The notes under the pieces: model-generated
What the model saw: only the letters and a program-made list of their open reading frames with translations
Told to the model about the DNA's origin: nothing
Database searches by the model: none
Program-made: the position numbers and the translations under genes
NCBI GenBank assembly: GCA_036172245.1
Contig: JAYWIR010000001.1
Span: forward strand, 8,432,001 to 8,496,000
Length of the DNA: 64,000 nucleotides
DNA from: Raillietiella orientalis
Lineage: Eukaryota
Direction: 5' to 3'
In this document: in pieces, positions 47,146-60,985 of the stretch
Position numbering within the stretch: the stretch's first letter is position 1
How the letters are laid out: each line of letters opens with the position of its first letter

Positions 47146-47345
47146 TTAATTTTTATGTAGTGTTAATTTAATTGTTAGGGAATGGGTTAATTTGACGAGT
47201 AATGGGATGTGAATGGAGTGTAATGTAAAGAGGGGTAGGATGATGGCTAATTCAATGTCGAAGATTAAGATAATCGTAACTAGGAAGAATTGGATGGAGA
47301 ATGGGAAACGTTTTTTGGATCAAATCCGCATTCGAAGGGAGATGT
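47146..47345 (-). pseudogene. nad3: NUMT: mitochondrial nad3 (ND3) fragment
   Basis: The minus strand reads TSPFECGFDPK, then a frameshift, then RFPFSIQFFLVTIILIFDIELAIILPL. This matches the ND3 signature PFECGFDP...PFS..FFL..IIFLIFD.E. Strong mitochondrial-type strand skew: the + strand is almost free of C. Confidence 0.88.
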
Positions 47346-48634
47346 GGTATTGTGATTCAACTGGAGTATAGGTTTAATGATTACCGCCACCGCTTCCACA
47401 AAGAGGAAGGTACATTTGTTGCTTGCCGTTCCCTCGCAATGCTGCGTTCTGGGCAGGAAGAATCACAGGCTTACGTCACTTCAACTGATTATATTACTAC
47501 TCAGTTTCTACTATTTACTGCGGACGAGCACTCAAATACATACTTTCCAAACATCTTTGCCAATCTTGTTTATACGTTTGTGCCTGTGCGAATTCGAATG
47601 TAGCTCCCCACCTAGCTTGGGTCGTGGAACTCTCCGTACAGATTTGAAGCTATGGGTGTGGCTCCCGATATTTCAAACCAAGGTTTCTGCTGGCATCTGA
47701 AGGGTACTTTGCAAGAAATATTCAGTGTACTAATGCTAGGCGACTTCAGTTTCTTTCACATTCCAAACCCAAACTGATCTTTAGTTTCCATCTCGTACGA
47801 TCCACCATTCCATTTAATTTTCACTTATGTTTAAAAAACCCATTCCATTTCCCACAGGAAGGAAGAGTGGTAGGGAACCAACTCCGCCGGTCGCTCTGCT
47901 CCGGCTGTCCACCCGAAAATTACCAAATTCCCTACCCAGTGCCTAAACAACGTTAAAAATGAACTTTTCCAAATGACACCCCGGCTTCACTGGGCACTGG
48001 ATTACAGGTCAGTGACCAGAAAAGAAACGCGTTTTTCGGCTCTGACTGACATTTATCACTCAAACAAGTTCCACTTCCAAAATCAACACCGCAGCTTACC
48101 CCTGTATGAGCCTCCTTGCATGTTACGCTGGCCGTCGTCCTCTTACCATCAGCTAACAAAGCGCCTCCCCACTCTTTCGGCTTCATCTCGCAGAGTTACA
48201 AAAAAAATCATCAGCCCACATTGCACCTTGCTGGATTAGGGTTTTCGCAAGGAGTGATAAGGAAAAAGAATAATGGGGGAATAAATCGTTAAAGGTTAAT
48301 TCTGTTGTGACATCCACTTCGAGCCAACTTCGCATTCGCCCTCATTTACTGTTGATCCCACATTTCGAGTGTGTGCCTGCCACCAGCGTGACTGCATGTG
48401 CACCACGAGGACGGGCAAGCCAAGTGGACTTTGAACACCGCGCAAAGAAACGATTTAATTTCGCTTGAAGCAACTCTTCCGCAACATCAAGAGCTATTTC
48501 CTGGTTCGGATCTCATTTTCATGAGCTCAACATTTCTATGGCTCAACGAATTTATGATGACTATGAGTACTGCGTGAAATTCCCAAAAAGCATGACCACA
48601 CACGGAATGACATAATTTATGGAAACACTGAAAT

Positions 48635-51600
48635 TCAAAACAAATCTATTGGGAGATCATCATCTGAAACCAATTCATAGTCAACACTGTCTTCATCTGA
48701 TGAAGTAAAATTGGTATCAGGAAATATTGCATTTGAAAAGTCCTCTTTTTCGTTTTTACGCTGGTGTTTCCCGGATGGATTGGTAAACAATACTTCCTCT
48801 TCGGAATCAGAAAACTGCAGTAAATCTAAATCACTTTGCAGCCAGAATGGGGGCTTACAATCATCCAAAAGGCGAGGCCAAACACATTCTATACAAAGTA
48901 ATTATTGCATGACAATATTGCCTGTGTATGCCACTTACTTCTCCACAATTTCCTTAGCCGTAATTCAACGCAATCATGCTTGACATTCATGATGCAACTT
49001 TCCGGAATAATCAAATGATACAGTTGGATTGGGAGAACATAATGCTTATTTGTTTCACTTATATAACTGGGAGAAAACACTGCAATAACACTTGTCCATG
49101 CCCCAAATTCTCACCTGCACATTAATTTATTATAATGGAATTTCACATAAACATTCTGCAATCTAACTGATGGGGATATCAACCTGAGCACCAACCAACC
49201 CTTCCACTGGCACCATTTGACATGTGGATTAACTGGCTTCTCTACAGAAGTCAAACCTGGCATCTCATCTGGATAGATTATTGCTGGTAAACTATGGGGC
49301 AACATCGTTGGCGCATCGATTGTGGATTTAGCTATGTTTACATCTAGACAAATCAAGAGTCCAAAAAGTATATCAGAACCACTTACCCCCAGAACTCGAT
49401 TTGCACATTGCAACATCATCTTGGCTTGTCAGACATGAACTAGATGATGTTTTAAAGTCACCAGTCTCAAGTGAGGTATCAGAATCGTTGCTCTGGAGCT
49501 GCACTAAATAAGCATTGCATTTTGTCTCTGATGCTTGCAACCTCTTAATAATCTGTAACAAATAGTGAGAACATATAGAATTTGAACAAAAGACATGAAC
49601 ATAGAGTTCAACATGAGCACAAAAAATTCACCTTAAGACATACTCCCTGGCAAACAGGTTGCCCATCAGGTCCTGGAGCATAGCACAAAGAATGCACCTG
49701 AGTCATGCTCGGATGGAAATTGATGGGCGCTTTTGACTCCACACGCAACCCAGCCACATGGCAACAAATCGCCTACCAAAAAATAAAAACACTGTTTTGA
49801 ATTCATAATTACCTGAAAAGGTAGCCTGGTAATCAAATGAGACGGAATGGGCAAAATATCAGCTGATGTCAAGAGAATAGAATCACCAAAATCTACTAAG
49901 AATACTTTATATTGGGATGAGCCATCAGCATTCAAGTTTATATCTTGGATCTGTCCTCGAAACCAGCTGGCAAACGCGTTAATACAACTAAAGTTAAGAG
50001 CATCTCCTACCTATCATCAAGCATACGATAAGCGCAGCACAAGTCTGAGAGGCATGGACGAACTACATGATTATCAGTTGCCACACTGGACACCCAGCTG
50101 TTCAAATCTTTCTGTAATTGACTCAAACTGATTCCCACAACCACTCAATGGAATACCATGCATTACTCTTACAGCTTAACTCGATCCAAGCGTTGAGCAT
50201 AGAATACTTCATCACTGACTATACAAGATATCATTACTTGATGCATAACACAGTCACTATCCAGAAAAGCGAAGGAATACTTGGTATTAATCATTGGTAG
50301 CACTTCAAGTTGCACAGTTGTTTCTGAAGATTCATACTACTGCAGACTACCAGAACAATGACCTTACTTGTATGTCCAGTGAACTGACAGAGTTTATGTA
50401 AGTTCTGGATATGAGCCAAATGATCTTGAGCCCAGCCATTTTTAAGCAAAACAGATCTCATGCTGAAAGCATTGATGCCACATTTTATTGTTTCCAGAAC
50501 ATCTTGGCGACAAAACTGATCCACATAAATTAAACAGCCTAAAGAGAACACTACCTAAAAAAAATGAGCCAAGTTAACATGGGCTACTCTTCTTGCAAAC
50601 TTTACCTTCACTTTTACTGTTTTCTGCACAAGTTCCTGCTTGGCAAGGGCAACAGCTTGCTGTGACCAAAATTCTTCTTTGTCAGATGGCATCAAATTGC
50701 ACAAGAAAACTTCTAGAAATCGGGGGGGAAAGGAAGCGAATTTCTCTGGCAAACCAAACAAATCACTATGCTAAACGAATATAACTAGATTTAATTAAAC
50801 ACAATCAATTGACCTACTTTCACAGTTTTTTCTTCCCCTTCATCAATAATCCATACAACCACTTCCTCGTGGGAACTGGATGGTGGAATGCATAATTTGA
50901 TAACTTTGACACGATGTAGTTTGGATGTATCTTCTTTCCAGATACAAAGCAATCCCGGAGTTATTGGTCTACTAATTAGCATCAACCATGGTTCCTCATT
51001 GCTCAACTTACATATCCAAAGGAATCAGTTCACGAAGACATGTGGTCTGCATGTGTTCCATACTCTCGGAATAGTCATGAGCATCCTCCCCTGGCATCTG
51101 ATGACTTTGTAAATAACAAGAGAAGTGTATTGGACTGTGGACAAAAAGCACATGCAGTTGCAACTGCATAGACCTAACATCCCAAACTGGAACACGTATA
51201 CAAAGAAATGAGTGCCTTACTCGGAAAAACTCTCAACAGGACCATCAATTTCTGGAAGGATTTTATGTCTATTTCTGCATCCCATCAAAATTCTATTGCA
51301 AGACCCAAACTGCTTAACGTTGTAACATAGATGCAGTTCCTCATCTTTAGCATTCATCTTCATAAGCTGGTTTGGTACCTTTGCACAACACTTGAGTTCG
51401 TATAATCTGTTGGCCAACAAATTCAACTCATGTGCTTCATCACAGCACTCTTGATTTAGCAAAAAGTACACTACATTCTTCTGAAATACATTTACATTTA
51501 ATGATCTGCTATTGGAAGATGAATCAGCATACACAAAAAGTAGTTACCTAATAATCATTGCCCTCCCTGCAAAAATATTACAATTTCACTCACCTGCATT

Positions 51601-54600
51601 ACATTAGGCTTACTGATGCTGCTTAACACTGAATATCTGTCCTGAAATGATGCTTGTGAAATTGAAGGAAGGTCATAATGTACAAGAACATTGACTTCCA
51701 ATGAAGATCCTCCTACATGCTCATCATCAGAGCAAATGAAAACTGACTTCCCTAAAGAATTTCACTATTAAAAAAAATTAACGGCACTATAATTCTGTTC
51801 AAAAACAAAAGACACATTTTAAGAAGGAATAGACATATTCATTTCATTCACTTATACATGATGTTTGGAAAATTTGTGAAGGTAATGACTAAATAATACT
51901 GCTGACTTGGAAGATGAAATAACTGCAAAGTGAAACAAGTAACCCATTATTACTTTTAAAATAAATCAGGCATCCTTCAAATGTCTCCCTGTATCTTAAT
52001 TGACTAATTTCAATGTAAATGCTTGAAACAATGCAAATTTGATATTTCATTAGAAATTTTAAATGATGAATTTAACTGTTCAAAATTTTCATATATAAAT
52101 CGTTGACTGAGATTTCTTGAAAATAAATTTTATTAACAAAATACACAATCCATAGAAAGAAAGCCTTAGAGAGAGAGAAGAAAAAAAAAAACATTAAGAG
52201 CTACACTAACATTTTGAATAATAAACTGATAATAATAATAATCTAAAAAATTAAGCAAAGCTAACTTCACAATACCTGTCAAGTCCTCAAGAAAAGCATT
52301 GTCACTATTGTCATGCAACTTAAATGCAATGTCAGCACTCTGCATCTGTGATTTTAATTCTCTTGCTTTGTCTGGTGAACAAGTGAAAACAGCAACTGTG
52401 CTTGAAATATCTTTTTTAATAATATCTGAAAACAGGACTGGTGAGAATAAAATTTTTCAATATTGGCACACCCAATAGTGAGCAAATCAAAAAAACACTG
52501 AATGCATAGATATGAATTATATGTGCTACTGTCATATGTTAACCTTATATACACAGGCTTCTAGAAACAAAAAATTCAAAACCTAACAAGTGCTCAAATT
52601 TACAGACAAAAAAACAGAAAATGGTGATTGAAAGGTTTCATATCTACTCTGTGATTCACTTTCTATAAATATACTATGGATTTGTGTATTCAAAAGATAT
52701 CGTGGTATTTACTGAATATGTTCAAATCTAGTAAACTCACGAATTTCAACATGATCAAATTAATTTTACTCATTTAAAAGATCCATTTCCAATCTTTCGA
52801 TAAATGGCATTCATAGACAGAACCTACAACTTATGAATTCATAACACATCTCAGTTCTATATTACATGAACATAAAATATAAAGTGTGCTCTTTTAAAAT
52901 AAATGGAGAACACTTTCAGGTGAAAATTTGTGCAATGATACATTACAAAAGGAAGCTTTTTTCTTTCTCCAAAAGGAATGTTGAATATCCATTTCATTGT
53001 CACATATCTAGGCCATTATCATGTAAAATAACATGTACAATCAACAATAAACTTGAAAAGTATAAAATAGACACAGTAGCTAGAATCTCCAAACTAAAGC
53101 ACTACTGCAAATTCCACAGAATAACCAAATAAAAAATAACACAAAATGAAGCTGCAAATTAGATAAACATAAAAAGTACAAGGAGAAATCATTACTTCTT
53201 TTAAAGAAAATTAGATTTAATTATAGAGATCTAAGTAACTACTTCTAATTAAGTATATCAAAATTTACATGCAGGGACTTCAAAATGCTAACAAAAATCT
53301 CCAAAAATCAGAGGAAACAGACCATCAATAGCCAAATTTTGCCATTTTGTGGTGATCGTTAAAAGACATGCAAGAAACTTATTGTCAGAACTTATTCGCA
53401 TCAATTTACAGTAAACTTTCATTTTATTTCACCATATTACAGCTGTTTGGTTCACAATTCTATGAGTGCAAACAAATAAACTTTACATCTGAAGAAAAGT
53501 ACAACAAATAAAAAGACAGAGGCCACTAGACAGAAAAGCATATTAATCGTATTATCGATAAGAAATAATAAAATAGTGCATTAAATAATGCTGTAGTTTT
53601 CAATAATTACAATTACAACAGCAACTTTAAGTTTTGCAAAGATATCTATAAAAGACTGCATAGTATTACTCATGTTCCAAATGGCAATATTGAAGACACA
53701 AATTATTTGCATACTTGAAAATACCACAATATCGAACTACACTTACAGCAACTACATTTACCAGAATTTTTCAAATTCTTTGCAAGTTGAACATAAACTT
53801 CACAATACTATTGACCATTTACTGAAATATTTCATGAAATTTTTCAGTATAAATGAAAAGTAACCCAACATCTAAGTACATATAGATTTAAGTATATATG
53901 ATATTTGGTGATAAATCATAAGGGATGATATGAAAGTAGCATATGTACTACAATTCTGTACTTGATTGCTTTCACATGTAGGTAAAAAAATGTTTTTCCT
54001 AATATTAACCTACTCACATTTTTACCTAAAAGAGCATCAAACTGATCATTTTCCACTACTTGGAATGTATTTTGCACTTCACAATATATGGCTGCTTCTA
54101 AAGAATTGCCCACATATACCAGTGGATCCTGACAGACATGCAAGAGACCTCTGAGTTGGCTTGTCCACATCTGAGCACTAACAATCAGTTGATGTGGAGC
54201 ATCTACGGTTCTTCCTTGCAGTTCATCACTATACAGAAGGAGAATTTTCTCAAGCTACAAAAAGATGTAAGATTATGTCAATATCAATACTTTGGTCCAG
54301 CAAAACTTCTGAAACTGTTTTTAACTATCAGCAAAAGAATGAATTTTTGATCACTAACTTCTGCAAAGACAGGATAAACTACTATTTACAGATCATGACT
54401 AATCTTTTGAAACCATCATAAGCTAACTGTTTGCTATTTTTAAACTTACGAAATGCACAGTTCAAATATACTTAAAAACTGGGAATTAATACATTCAAAC
54501 TTGGAAAAAAAATTCCCACACGGCATAAATGGCATCTCAAACATGTGATCCAAAATATTTTAACATTGCTGCTGATTAACGAGAATTTACTGATTTTTAG

Positions 54601-56797
54601 AAGTTCTCCTTGGATTAACATATTAAATAATTATGCAATTATGATGAAATAAAAATCTAACAGAGTATAATAAACTTCAAAATAAATTAGGTGAAACTTC
54701 CATTTACAAAGGGAGAAACTTTCATTCACTGGCTCTAATTAGATTTGGGATTTGGATGAAGTGATTTTTCAAAGAGTTATTTGCCAAATTTATTACTTCC
54801 AAATAGTACACTTCTAATGATCTTTTAAGAATCAATCAATCAACCATCCTGCTTATATTTCCATAGTATCAACTCAAAACAACAATAAAGCATGCAGTGT
54901 GGTACATATAAATCCATTTTTTTTGAAATTTTAAAATGATAGCTTAATTTTTGTATATTTAAATAAAAATATTTCTTGGCTACTTTAAACAAGATTAAAA
55001 AAATTTCACATCTACCTCTTGATAATATTGCGATGCAACTGCATGGGCATTATCGATTACAATATGGCACATATGATTCATGGTTAAAAAGAAGCCCTCA
55101 TATTCACTCAGTACACGAAGGAAAGCTGCTGGTGTGGTAATTAAAATATCACATCCATTCAAAAGCTCAATCTAAACGACAATTCAAAAACTAATATGAA
55201 TCAACAATCATAAAAGAGAATTACTTTATCTCTTGACTGCTCTTCATATCCTGATCCCATTGCAAGAATTCGCAACTTCTTATTGTCATTCCCAGATTCC
55301 AGAAATTTAAACAAGCAATCATGTAGAAGCCGTGACCTTTTCCATGATGCAGTAAAAATAACAGCTAAAGGACCAATATTGTATGGATCTATCTAAAATG
55401 AAAAATGCTTTATTATTGCAATACTTCATGACTGAAACAAAAATCAACTTAAATTAAAAAAAAATCATTTTAAAACAAGAATACTAACTGAAGTATTATA
55501 TGCTGCATCAATGCTGGAATGTAACTTTGCAGAATAAAAATACAACAATTATACATCAAGTTTGGAAATTTTAATTTTAATTTCTTAAACCTTTTGATGA
55601 TTCTGACAAAAGGAACAACTGTTCTTTCAATTCAATTCATAGCGATAAAAGCAAAAATGTAATTGTCAAAGGCAGCAACTTAATAAAAAAAAAAAACTTG
55701 CAATTAAATGTTCTCAGGAAATAATTTTCCTTTGTTTTTAGAAAGCATGACATAAGTAATTAATTTCCAAAATTACGATATTTCCACACTACACTACTAA
55801 CTCAACAGCATTCATAACATTTCTATTAATGAAAAAACAATTTGAAATGCAAAATAAGTACGCACTTATGAAAAATAAGCCTATCCACCTATCCATCTAT
55901 GCAATTACTTCTCCAAAAAAACGAACTTTATAACATTCATAAAATAAGAAAGAAATAATAAGTTTAAAATACTTTTACTTGAAGTTATTTGATTCTGCTT
56001 ACATTGCATTTTTGCTTGGTTCACATTATAAAAAAATACACCTGATAAACTACGGTTTGCAATTATAATACCTAATTCACAAGATGGCTGGAGTTGCTTA
56101 AATCAAACAAGAAACTTTTAATAAAACTGAAAAATGTATCATACTTCTTCATACACTTCTTTCTCCAATAGGGAACTCAGTAAAGCTGTAATATAACCCA
56201 CAGTCTTGCCTGTAGATTCTCCACTAATGCAGAAAACATCTCGACCTCTTAATATTGCAGGCCACAAAAACTGTTGCAGTTTCAAAGGAGCATCGAATCG
56301 TTTCTCACTGAGCTTCTGAAAATTCAAGGAATCCACATGAAGGTTTACAGCAAGAAAAGATGCATCATAGAATTATGCAAGCTACCACACATGAATACTT
56401 TTAGTTACATTTCAATGTATTCAAAAGAGCAGACTTGAAACTTTCTTGTGCAACATTCAAAAATTTTTTGAGAATGCGGACATTATTACCGTATATTGGG
56501 CCAAACGAATACTACAAAAACATGAGTAAATAAACACTGTCCGTAACAAGTCGAATATATCATCATATCATTCCTTTTGTTGTATATTAAGGCAAAACGC
56601 AGACCAATGAATGTACGGCAGCTCATGCATTTCGACTAAGCTAATTTGCACAAAATTGAGAAACTTTCAAGATGCTACTTAATTCTCATCCAAATCGCTA
56701 CTTGTGTTACCTTTTTGATTTGGGGCAAAAAAGGAGTTGCAGAAAACGAAAAAACAGGTTTGGGAATACGCTCTCCAAATGAGTGAACCGTGGGCAT
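48635..56797 (-). CDS. TDRD12: TDRD12-like (Yb/BoYb family) Tudor and degenerate DEAD-box helicase protein, piRNA pathway; multi-exon span
   Basis: Phase-consistent exons include 56711-56797 (MPTVHSFGERIPKPVFSF), 56145-56315 (QQFLWPAILRGRDVFCISGESTGKT), 55225-55392 (GPLAVIFTASW), 55016-55171 (GCDILITTP...HIVIDNAH), 54026-54254, 52276-52425 and ~51594-51751 (VHYDLPS). These are followed by a Cys/His motif LCYNVKQFGSCNRILMGCRNRH (~51270), Tudor-like segments (~50820-51000; ~49812-49965 FRGQIQ...VFLVDFGD) and a CS/p23 domain (PHVKWCQ; WPRLLDDCKPPFWLQSDLD), with the stop at 48635. The start codon is uncertain. Confidence 0.88.
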
Positions 56798-59700
56798 TCT
56801 TAACCTGGATTCAACCTGGATATTCAATAACTATAAAAGGCAGCATAAGAATTCATCTTAAGTTCAAAGCTAACAAATTTTGAAACACTGTACAATCAAA
56901 ATTTGGAAGAACATTGCAAAGTTCTTTAGCCTTCTATTCCAATGAAATTAATTTTCTAAAAGAATTGCATTAGGTAAATGCACGATGTGAACTTTAAAGT
57001 GATGTCTAAGTCAATTGTGAAAAAATAATCCAAATACAATCGACACACAGAAGCTGAATTGGGTACAATATTTTGCTGCTCCACCTCACAAAATGACAAC
57101 AGTTGTCACTTTATAACGATTCACAGAACTGGTATAAACGACCACCAACACGACGAGCAACGGGTTTCCACCACATGACTGGTTCTTCCAATTTCCTACC
57201 ATGTGCTTCCTCGTTGCTCCGTTAGAACAGAACAGGTCAATGTTACCAGATGCCAGATGTTTCACTCACGTGCTAAACTTGAAGAATCAGAGATATTTCT
57301 TAGCTTTGAGCTCCGTGGTTTCCTGATCTTTGAGCAATGCAAAAAAAAAACAGTAATAAATTATAAAGCAATATTTTTTTAAATGCCTAAAAAAAGGTAG
57401 CAGGCATTTGGTCCCAAACTTGAAAGCAATCCAATTTTAGAACAATTCATCCAATAAAAACCCATACAGTTCATATGATCGCATTTGCAGAACGATATTC
57501 ACATGAATTTTGGTAGAAGTACAGAATGAGAAAATACATATACGTGCTCAATAATATTATGAGGAATCTGTGATACATTAAAAACTTCCGCTTTCAGCAG
57601 TTTTTGTACTCGCTTCTTTGGTTTACAAATTTCTGTTGTTGTCATGCCAATTCGTTGTATTCTGCAAACCAGAATATCTAAGTGGGTATCACCTCTGGAA
57701 AGTTTTTCTAAATTTTAACGTGCAACGTATCCTTTCGAAAAACGGATTAAATGGATGACATATGAAAAATGTTATTATTTTGAGACTTCATACTTCAGAA
57801 ATATGACGTAGAAATCCGAGGAACTAACGCAATATAGGAACACAAAAAAGCAGAAAACAGTGAGAAACATTGTTTCAGCATATATTTCTTCAGGAAGGAG
57901 TCATTCCAATTTAAATCTCTCACTGTAATAGAAAAGACCGTTTTGAAATTTAAAGCAAATTTCAACTACTAAGCACAAATCAACGTCAGTTTCAACTTGA
58001 ATGTTTTGAATTCGTAAATACATATACATACATATGCGCACACACATATTTATAACACATATATTTCTCTATCTAAAGTGAATGCTTCAGCTAAAAACTA
58101 TATATAGAAAGTTTGTATTCATGTTATACAAAATTATCACACAAACAGCTAGGAAAACTGGATTAGATCTGCATTGACTTGAGTTAAAAAATAATTAGTA
58201 ACCAAAACAATAAGTTATTACTTTGATGGGAATTATTTTTTGACATCGTTCTTAGTAATTACATGATGTGATATAGTTTCTGATGGTAAATATTGTTCCA
58301 TAGTTTAGTTCTTCTTACTTTTCTAAATGGAATGAATTTCTGTAATGAATGAAAACGATGATGATAAATGTTAGGTTCCTCTCCTCAACCTCGTGACTCG
58401 TTATCCTCTCTGTATATTCATACACAAAACTGTCTACAAGAACAATCGATCATTTCTGGAGTTGCGCTAGTCAACAGTGGTCCCGGACATCAGCTACTGC
58501 AGCTCATACTTATTTATCAGATGATTACTTTGGCAGACAAATTGACCAGAGAATGAAACGATATTGACAGAATTGCATGCCCCACTTACGATTGTGAGAT
58601 GACTCCAGAAAATTGTGCATGTAAATCTTCATATTTCCAGGCCATGAATCCTAACGTATAGGAATGTTCTTTAAGTACGAATGTAGAAAATGAAAATTCA
58701 GCCAAAGTCCCAAAGCATACCTGGAAACAGTATTTTTTCGGAAGTGTAAATGTTTTTTTTTATTTTTCTGAGTTGACTTTAAAAATCTCAAGGGTGTGGT
58801 TTTATGCCCGTTATTCGAGAACATATTATCCGTTTGAGAAGTATGCAACTAAGTTAGAAATAGGGCAGCTCCAAAAATCTCCAACACTGACAAGCTAATA
58901 AGTTTCAAGGTGCTAGCAGGATGGCGGATAACTAGTATTTCCTAAAAATTCTATGGAGTGTTTCTATGGAGAAAATTCAAAATCTAATGGGCAAAACTGC
59001 AGTCTTTTCCTAACTGTACTGAAGCAATTTTCCATTTATATAAAGAAGAATTCGAGATCAGGAGGAATTCTCGACAATTTCTTCCTGCATCTCATCAAGA
59101 CGTAAAAACATAGTATGGAGTTCAGTCCATGGAATGTATCATGAAGTGAAACGAAAAAAATATAAACATAAACCCTAGATGGACCCAGGAATTTCTTGTT
59201 TACATATACGGAAACACTTTCTAAACCAATTTTGTTTTTGAAAGTGTAGCTTCATAGCGCGAACGAGACTTGCAAGACGTGGAACCGCGAGATATGTTTT
59301 CTTCGCAAAATTTGTCTTACAAATGAAAAATACCAATCTTGGGATTACTTTCCACTCAAGTTCGGAGCCCCAAAGAATTGCCCTCCCTAGAAAATCCTGT
59401 CGATAGTTGAGATGCGTAAACAAGGTCAAGGATAACATTTCATATGATCGTGGAATCACAGTTCATATTAGTTTAGTCTTCAATTTTCTTAATTCTTCGC
59501 TCGAAATTGTCTCTTCTAAATATCCCTGAACCATTTGCTAGGAATCTAGCTTCTCGCTTGTCACAAGTCTAGTTAAGAGGAGAACGTTTTTTTTTTTTTT
59601 GCTTTGTTTTGTTTTTTTGAGAACACTGGCGACTTTTTGAACAAAACTCAAACATGTGGCAATAGCATCCGACAAGCAGTCGGGTGAAAAGTGACAGGCA

Positions 59701-60985
59701 TTGAGGAAGTTCGTTCACAAGCAGTGAAGCCATCCTAGAATTCAACAGTGTCTTTGAATTCTAGGACCCTTCAAAGAATGAAAGACACCTACTAAATTAT
59801 TTTATGAAGTACCTTACCGTCTCTTAGCAAAAACTTTGATCACTTTGATCTTAGCCAAAGGGCCGACAAAATACTTCGTTTGAAGTATCCCTGGCTACAG
59901 TGTCGTTGGAATCTGTTTCAGCTCCACACAGCCTTGAACACAAAATGCTGGCACATATTTTTTGTGTGTGATATTTTAGCACAAGGTAGGGTCATCGTCC
60001 TTGATCTTTATCAGAAAACGGTGGAAAGGTAGATACCCAATTTTAACCATCTGTCCCTGATAATGCACAGAACAGGTTTGGTCACTGATGATTGCAAAGA
60101 GTAAGGTAAACACACTAGGCGACTACCAACAATTCTACCACGAGTTCAGTAATATACTGTGGACTGATAACATACTGTTCTGTATGAATACATACATTTT
60201 AAGTACATTTTCCTATAGAAAAAAAAAATGATATTTTTATACATGCAGTTCCTTTAAATCGGTTTTTAAAAACATGTACAGCTATGGCTGCACAAAACTT
60301 AAATATGAAGGATTACATTAAGTTCAAATTCTCCAACAAGGTGGAAAGGATTACTTTCCCAAGGAAGTTTGGGATGAAATTTGCCAATCTCCAAACTATG
60401 TTACCTTTGACTAGATTTACCCAAACAATGTTGGTCCCTACATGCTATTATGGACTATTTGGTGAGACTTGAGGAACACATACTGTACCCCTATGAAAAA
60501 TTATAATGTCAAGTGATACTGGTCAGTTACCATCAATGTTGTCAAACATTGAAGTGTCAACAGATCTTAATAAAAAATGAGTCCGCATTGCTAGAAATTG
60601 ACGAATCTATTTGCTATTTAACAGAAAAAATATTTCAACGTGATTATAACCCCCAAAATTCATTGTATTCCTGTGCTCCACATATACAATCAGTACTACT
60701 TTGGATGTACATGAAATGCAACTATCAAGAAAGGAATGTAATAAAAGTATAAGGATCATGCTGGAATAATGCCAAAATTACTTTCTTTGTTTGTATCTGA
60801 TGCTTCTTGCTAACTACAATAAAAGTTTAAAAACAATTTTTTCATTATAAATATATATATTTGCGAAGACACAAGGTAGTCACAAATGTTCTGAATCCAG
60901 GTGATCCAGAAAAGAGCTTATCAATAAAATGAATAGTTGTGTATATTCCACAGCACAAGGAACATAATGCATAAATGACCATTTT

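Noticed and set aside
47045-47330. C-depleted tract as deaminase hypermutation or a bisulfite artefact
   Set aside because: The ND3 translation shows that the skew is mitochondrial strand asymmetry.
59734-59765. Hairpin cctagaattcaa-cagtgtct-ttgaattctagg as an iron-responsive element
   Set aside because: The loop is 8 nt rather than CAGUGN, the bulged C is missing, and it is on the strand opposite the flanking genes.
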